From Balanoglossus misakiensis (Eukaryota > Animalia > Hemichordata), in assembly GCA_040954595.2 (NCBI GenBank), contig CM082587.2, forward strand, positions 8,747,403 through 8,811,402: DNA of 64,000 bases. Reading direction: 5' to 3'. Positions 58,241 through 64,000 of this stretch are shown here, piece by piece. Each line of letters begins with the position of its first letter. The first letter of the stretch is position 1. The position numbers were made by a program, and so were the translations under genes. The notes beneath the pieces are model-generated. The model was given only the letters and a program-made list of their open reading frames with translations, did not search any database and had not been told where the DNA came from.

Positions 58241-60042
58241 TTCATAGTTTTCCTCTGCGGACTTGGGCCAATAGGATTGAAGTAAGTATAATATTTATCG
58301 TTACTGATTTTTCGTTGTGTTTGCGTGCAGCTACCCTTCGGTAGCTGCGTCATTACGGTATCGGCCTGCATTATGTGTGTTCTCGCTCGCGTTGTGCATG
58401 ACGCATCCGTCTTGTACACAGAGAATCCATAAGCAATAACGTTGTATAGAAAGAATGGCAGGGCCGGTTTTTGTTGCGACAATTTGCTATGTTTTCTGCT
58501 TGAGTTACGTGTTGAAATAATGGCAGCCGGGCGTCTTCGAAATTGAGTGCAGCAAGACTGGGCCAAAATACTGAGTCAAACCAAAACAATACACGGTACA
58601 AAGCAGTAAGTCGGACCAATTGACATCATAAGATTGTCGTGAACCGTAAAAGGCCCACCTATATCATATTGACTAACTCCAGACAGTAGAACTAATTACA
58701 TGGCCTAAACATTAGCGTCGAACAAAGTATTGAGCTACACCCGTACACCCTGAATAGATCCACGTGGAGGACAGCAACCAATCGAGTATACATCACATAA
58801 CAAGCGCTTTAAATTTGTCTTTTCCCCATACGTTGCTAGAAAACCCACGTCTGCTATTGTCATTTTCATGCACGTTTAGGCCTAGGTGTACGCATAGCCC
58901 AGTCAAATGAATTGAAATTTAATGGTAGAAAACAATTGAATGGCCAACGTGCTCAATTTCGAGATAAACTCCATTGAATATGTTCATCCATGGGGAAAAC
59001 AGAAAATTGTTGACTCGGTGGTTTTTAGTATTTTTATGATCGATTAATTTCACGACCTTGAATTTCAAAACAGAGCACATTAACCCCATGCATTTTATTA
59101 CCGATCAAAACATTTGCTTAATGCAAAGGTGAATAAGCAACCAGCAATAAAGAGAAATGACAAGACTTTCAATTTTGAAAAATATTCTCGCATAAGTATT
59201 CTCGCGTACTTGCTCCGTGTCTATAGCATATGTCACATTTTTAGACAAATGAACGAACTTCGCTTTTCTGCTTGGAAATATTTAGGGCTATTTGGGCCTA
59301 TTGGTTTTCGCTGTGCAGCAATTAGGGTATATTTTTATAGGGTCACTGTCTATGCTTCAGGGCTGTTTTTCACCACACTGAATGATGTCGAAGCTTAGCG
59401 AGTGCCATCGAGCGATAGGTTTTCCAGTCTTAGAAAATCCAAACGTAAACACACCAAGTTTTCTGCCAGGTGTTTGTATTTTAATTTCTGGGGTTGACAA
59501 CCGGTTATGCATGCAATAACTGTGTGTGGTGCAGTTCGTTTCATTTGTAGCCTTACTCGGACTGTATTTTGCAGACACACGTGTTAAACTCGGTTGTCAG
59601 CATTGACAACCCATAGATAAAATGGCATAGATCAGTGCAGGCCCATATTCCCGTCCGCAGTTCATTTTCAAGATTATTTTCATAGTACAGTATTATACTA
59701 ATTACATGTATATGTAGAACGCCCTCAACGCGGGGTTGACCTTTGACCTGCCAATAAGGCATAAGACGAATGTCGGTGGTCACATGCATCAGAAGTAGTA
59801 TTTCTGTTGATTTATTGTGTCTTCCACTCGAGTCATATCGAGATGAATCAAGGAGTCATGGTCCAAGCAATGATCAGACAGGTACAATACAGTTTTCAGC
59901 CACGTAGGGTATGATGTGACCTAGCTCTGGACTTATGCGCTGTTTGGGCTAGATGTGACCCAAATTTCTCAGTGTGTTGACCAATAAGGCGCGTAAGTTC
60001 ACACCTTTGGTTATAATCCAGCAAACAGGCTTGGTTTGGCAT

Positions 60043-60118
60043 TAGCTCTGCGTACAGGTCTGTGTGTTCGCGGTGTTCGCGGCGTTACACGGCCTCCACC
60101 ACAGTGTACGCAGAGCTA
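60043..60118. mobile_element. 76-bp TAG...CTA element with perfect 10-bp target-site duplication (Academ-like)
   Basis: TAGCTCTGCGTACA...TGTACGCAGAGCTA, flanked by GGTTTGGCAT on both sides. Confidence 0.8.
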
Positions 60119-60359
60119 GGTTTGGCATGTGCCTGGTGAAATTCCTCCAACACCTCTCCAGGCCTTAAATAATGTTCGCTCCCTTAGCCAGCTGTAGTAC
60201 AATTCACTGTCTCTGAGACCTTACACCACCAACAATATTCAACTTGCAAGTTATCTTGTTAAAACGAGGAAGCATACCTGGTATGATACCAGTTTTTTTG
60301 AAATAATAAAATTTGTTATTTATAATCCTTGATGACATTTCGTTATTTTTTTTATAGAT

Positions 60360-62284
60360 ATGTTGGAATATTATTCCAGCAAGTACGGTTTGATCCGGCC
60401 AATGGAGCGATCAGAGGAAAGCTATAAGGTATGTTAATTTTGAAATGCAATTTAGCTTTAGAAACAATTAAAGCTGCCAGCAGCATTGTCCGGGCCCAAG
60501 CTCTATTATCTGATCTGATTATTAGATATGCACATAATTAATGAGTAGAAACATAATGCTGTGTTTTATCCCATGAAATATCAAGGTTATATCTATGTTT
60601 GGTGTTGATATAGTGTTAAGTAGGTCAGAGGTCACCCACAATTTGGGCAGAAAATTTTGACGCATAGTGGTCCATGTCCAACAAAAACCAGACCTCTAGC
60701 CCTTTTGGTTAGCCCGGAATTAGGTATGTACATAAATAATGAGTTAAGCAGGTGTCACAGGTGACCCAAAACTTTGGCTTTTCATTATGGCCCCATACCT
60801 CCAAACGCCAAGGCTGTATCTGCTGTGGATGTCGAGATATGCAAAAGTAGGTCAAAGGTCACCCAACATTTGGGCAAAAAAAATTGACCCAATACTGGTT
60901 CATGTCCAACAAAAACCAAACCTCTAGGTCTATTGGTTCATCTGTAATTAAGTATGCACATATTTAATGAGGTCAGCAGAGGTCAAAGGGGTCATGAAAA
61001 GTAGCAAAATTTTTTGATCACATACAAATCCACATACATCAAAAACCAAAATGATAGCCCTATAGGTTAGCCTGGAATTAGATATGCAGAAAAAAAACTA
61101 TGTGTCAAAAGTAGGTCAAAGGTCATTGCCAAAATTACCAAAATATTTGGGGTAGGTCCTGGCAGGGGTGATACCAATGTGCACAAAAATCAAAACTCTG
61201 GTACATTTAGAACACGTAGTATGAGCTATATATGCATATATGCAGGTTCTTAAAAAAGTAGGTCAAAGGTCATGTGAAAATTGCCAAAATATTTGCAACA
61301 TATTCTAGTCATATGACGACTCATATCCATAAAAAGAATTTGTATGCTATCTATTTTTAGACTAGAAAAATGATTTATTAATTTTCGCTGGTTTTTACAA
61401 AATCCAATATGGCCGCCATAATCTTCGACCAATCACAACGCTCTTCGCAAACTTGATAAACATCAGTTAGGTGATGTCATACCCTAAATCCCATGACTCG
61501 GTTATAGCCGGTTCTGGAGAAGAAGATTTTTGAAGATTTTACTGTACTTTTTCGAAAATCCAATATGGCGGCCAAAGTCACGTGACCGCTCAGGATTTTA
61601 TTGTCAAACTTTGAAGGGCAAAGGACATGTGTACCATACACCAACTTTGAACTTGATTGGCCCTGTGGTTTTTGAGAAGAAGCCATTTAAAGATTTTCAG
61701 AAAATCCAATATGGCCGCCAGGTCACGTGACTAATTAAAAATTCAAGGGTTCAATGCACGACTACTCATTGACTTTGACCACTGTAGCAAGTTTCAGAAG
61801 TGTACCTGCAGCGGTGTCTGAGATCTCGTGGGTCAAAGAATTGACACAAGAATAAAGAAAGAAAGTAAAATTCCAACGAAACCAATACGGGCCCAAGCCT
61901 GGCTTGGCTTGGGCCCGTAAATATGTGATTTCACTTGTGGGTTACTGATAAGTTGGTATTTTACTACTAACACAAACATTGCAACCAGCAATCAGCCAGC
62001 ATTGTTTCTAAAATTGGCGAAAAACTGATTTCTTGAAAGGCCGAAGAGCCTTATGACCATAATGGTTTTGTACTATGCACCACCCTAGCCCTGTTCCCCC
62101 AAATCATTGCTTCGAAATATAAACTTTGAGCATTCAGGACTTGATAATTGACACCATGCTGCAATTCCTGAAAGCGCCATTTCTGATATTCTTCCTATTT
62201 CATTCACAGAGAATGAGGCGAAGGCAGAGATGTCTGAAACAATTTGGAGAGCGAGAGAGGCGTGTAGAAGCGTTGAGATGCATG
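60360..62284 (+). CDS. Two candidate exons of an unidentified plus-strand gene (continues to the right)
   Basis: Acceptor TTTTTTATAG| at 60358 with donor AAG|GTATGT at 60428; acceptor TTTCATTCACAG| at 62210 with donor ATG|GTAAGT at 62284. They join in frame to MLEYYSSKYGLIRPMERSEESYKRMRRRQRCLKQFGERERRVEALRCM. No family recognised. Confidence 0.5.
60466..61921 (+). mobile_element. Non-autonomous Helentron/HINE-like element with internal sub-repeats
   Basis: Subterminal CGGGCCCAAGC (60491-60501) is inverted at 61907-61917, where it also forms a terminal stem-loop with 61888-61898. The interior has repeated AGGTCAAAGGTCA and AAAATCCAATATGGC(G/C)GCC blocks. Confidence 0.7.
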
Positions 62285-62449
62285 GTAAGTGATTTACAAC
62301 AATTGCAGATAACCTGAAACTGAAGTGTCTTTTCATATCTGTAACCCAGAAATAGACAAACACATTTTGTTCACATATGGCACATGTAGCTTGCATATGA
62401 ATATCCGCTTTTTATATCTACTTGAAGCTTTTCGGATATAAGTAGGCTG

Positions 62450-62567
62450 ACGGTGGCGCTCTTTTTTTCGCATGTGCCACCCACTGAAAATCTATCTGTG
62501 ATTGGCTAGATCTCAAATTGCCATGGTAACTTTGGCTTATTCTCCATAAGTGACCGTATACCTTTAA
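62450..62567. mobile_element. Kolobok-like MITE, partial copy 3
   Basis: GGTGGCGCTCTTTTTTTCGCATG...CCACCCACTGAAAATCTATCTGTGATTGGCTAGATCTC is shared with 3698-3894; ends GTGACCGTATACCT-TTAA. Confidence 0.75.
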
Positions 62568-64000
62568 CGGAACCACTGATGATTATAGGACTAATCTTTA
62601 TGGCAATATAACTGTAGCCATTGTACAGACTTTTATATAACAAATCCGAGTTTTTATGCATTGTTCAATGGGATTCTGCAATGATGCAAACAAAAGAATA
62701 ATTTTTGTGCTACATTCTGGCAAATGGGGATATAGCTAATACTAGTATGAATTTATGAGTGCCTAGGAAGGCTATCTGTGACATGGATGAACTGTACTAT
62801 GCGATCGAGTTGCACATAAGGTGGGTCATGGGCATTCAAATACATAACAGCGCCCTCTATCGGTTGGATATGTAAATGTCAAATTCGAACTAGTACCAAG
62901 GCTCACGAGTGTGAACAGTTAATTAAAGCAACATAAAGGAAATATTGGTAATTTTAAAAAGCGAAATTTTGGCACTTCAAAAAGACTCAGTGTACGAAGT
63001 CGTGTTGTAACAAGTTCTGCCTGCGTACTAGCCTGTCATCTGCACCAGGTCTAGAATGAGAAACCTAGATGTCAGAGAGAAAAGGCTTCCAAAATGAGCA
63101 TTTAGGAACAAATTTTCATTTTATTTGATTGGGCTGGTCATAAAACTTCTCTGCAACCACACATTTTTTTGGTAAAACTTATAGAACATTTTCATCAGGT
63201 TGACCATTGTTTAATTTTAGAAGAAAACACCCAATTTTTGTTAATTTTAGTTGTTTATGGCCCCATTTTCTGGAAATTTTGCGGGGAACATGTTTTTCTC
63301 ATTTTTTTTTCAAAAAAGGTACCTTACTTATGCGAAATGAAATAAACTTTTGAATTTTTGATATCTCCTAAGAGAAAATCATGATCTGAGACTGTTTTAA
63401 ATGATGTCTGCGACCAGTATGGGCTATTAAATTCTTTGCGCACAACAGTTTGACAATGTTTGCAATTGTCTTGCAAATGATATCTACCGGTACATTGTCA
63501 CAGTTGTAGTTTGTGACATGTCATTGACAATGCTATCTGGGACCAAGTATTGGAGACATATAGCTACAGTTCCCATCCCATTTGTGCTCTGTACACTACA
63601 CTCAATTATATACAGGATCGTCAGGGTGACTGCTGACTGCATGTGTGGTAGGCTCTGCAGACCTGAACGACTTTCACCAAATTGCTTATCACATGAAGCA
63701 GTGGAAGACTTCATTTGAAACTACTAAAGTGCTACTCACACATGTATACATGTACCAGTCACAGATAGCTTTCTGCAGTACCCTTACACTTGCTTTGTGA
63801 TGGATGCCAGTAATTTCGCACACCAAAGAACACAGGCTTCAGAGAACAGACAATTTGTGGTCAAAAAATCAATTTTTCTAGCACTGCTTGTAAGATTGCC
63901 ATGACACGTGACATTTCATTGGGCATGTTCCTAGTAAATGTTTTTACATTTCCATATATCTATATGGTGAGGTCATTATGGAGAAGGATTTGCTAATTCT

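Noticed and set aside
63484-63718. Short ORFs near the right edge
   Set aside because: No splice signals link them to the neighbouring genes; they follow repeat-like sequence and are probably a transposon remnant.

Overview
This is eukaryotic, AT-rich, intron-containing animal DNA. The gene set and repeat families look like an invertebrate deuterostome such as a hemichordate, which is an inference. Most ORFs in the track are spurious, so I rebuilt the genes by hand from splice sites and checked intron phases. Three minus-strand genes lie head to tail. (1) The 3' half (TM3 to C-tail) of a class B1 CRH/DH44-type GPCR, 52261 to 46297, whose 5' exons I could not find in the window. (2) A complete EPLIN/LIMD2/Xirp-type LIM gene of about 1025 aa, CDS 32131 to 11748, with a 2.3-kb exon of roughly 65-70-aa repeats, a GC-AG intron, candidate alternative first and last exons, and a C-terminal LLDL clathrin-box-like end. 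(3) A three-repeat Myb gene of the B-Myb type, starting at 7430 and running off the left edge. On the plus strand, apparently inside a GPCR intron, are a complete 4-exon secreted CTHRC1-domain gene with no collagen helix (54472-56632) and two exons of an unidentified gene (60360-62284). The introns hold many non-autonomous DNA transposons (Tc1/pogo-, piggyBac-, Kolobok-, Academ-, Crypton- and Helentron-like), a decayed LINE RT fragment and a 127-bp tandem array with higher-order structure. I recognised no rRNA, tRNA or CRISPR.
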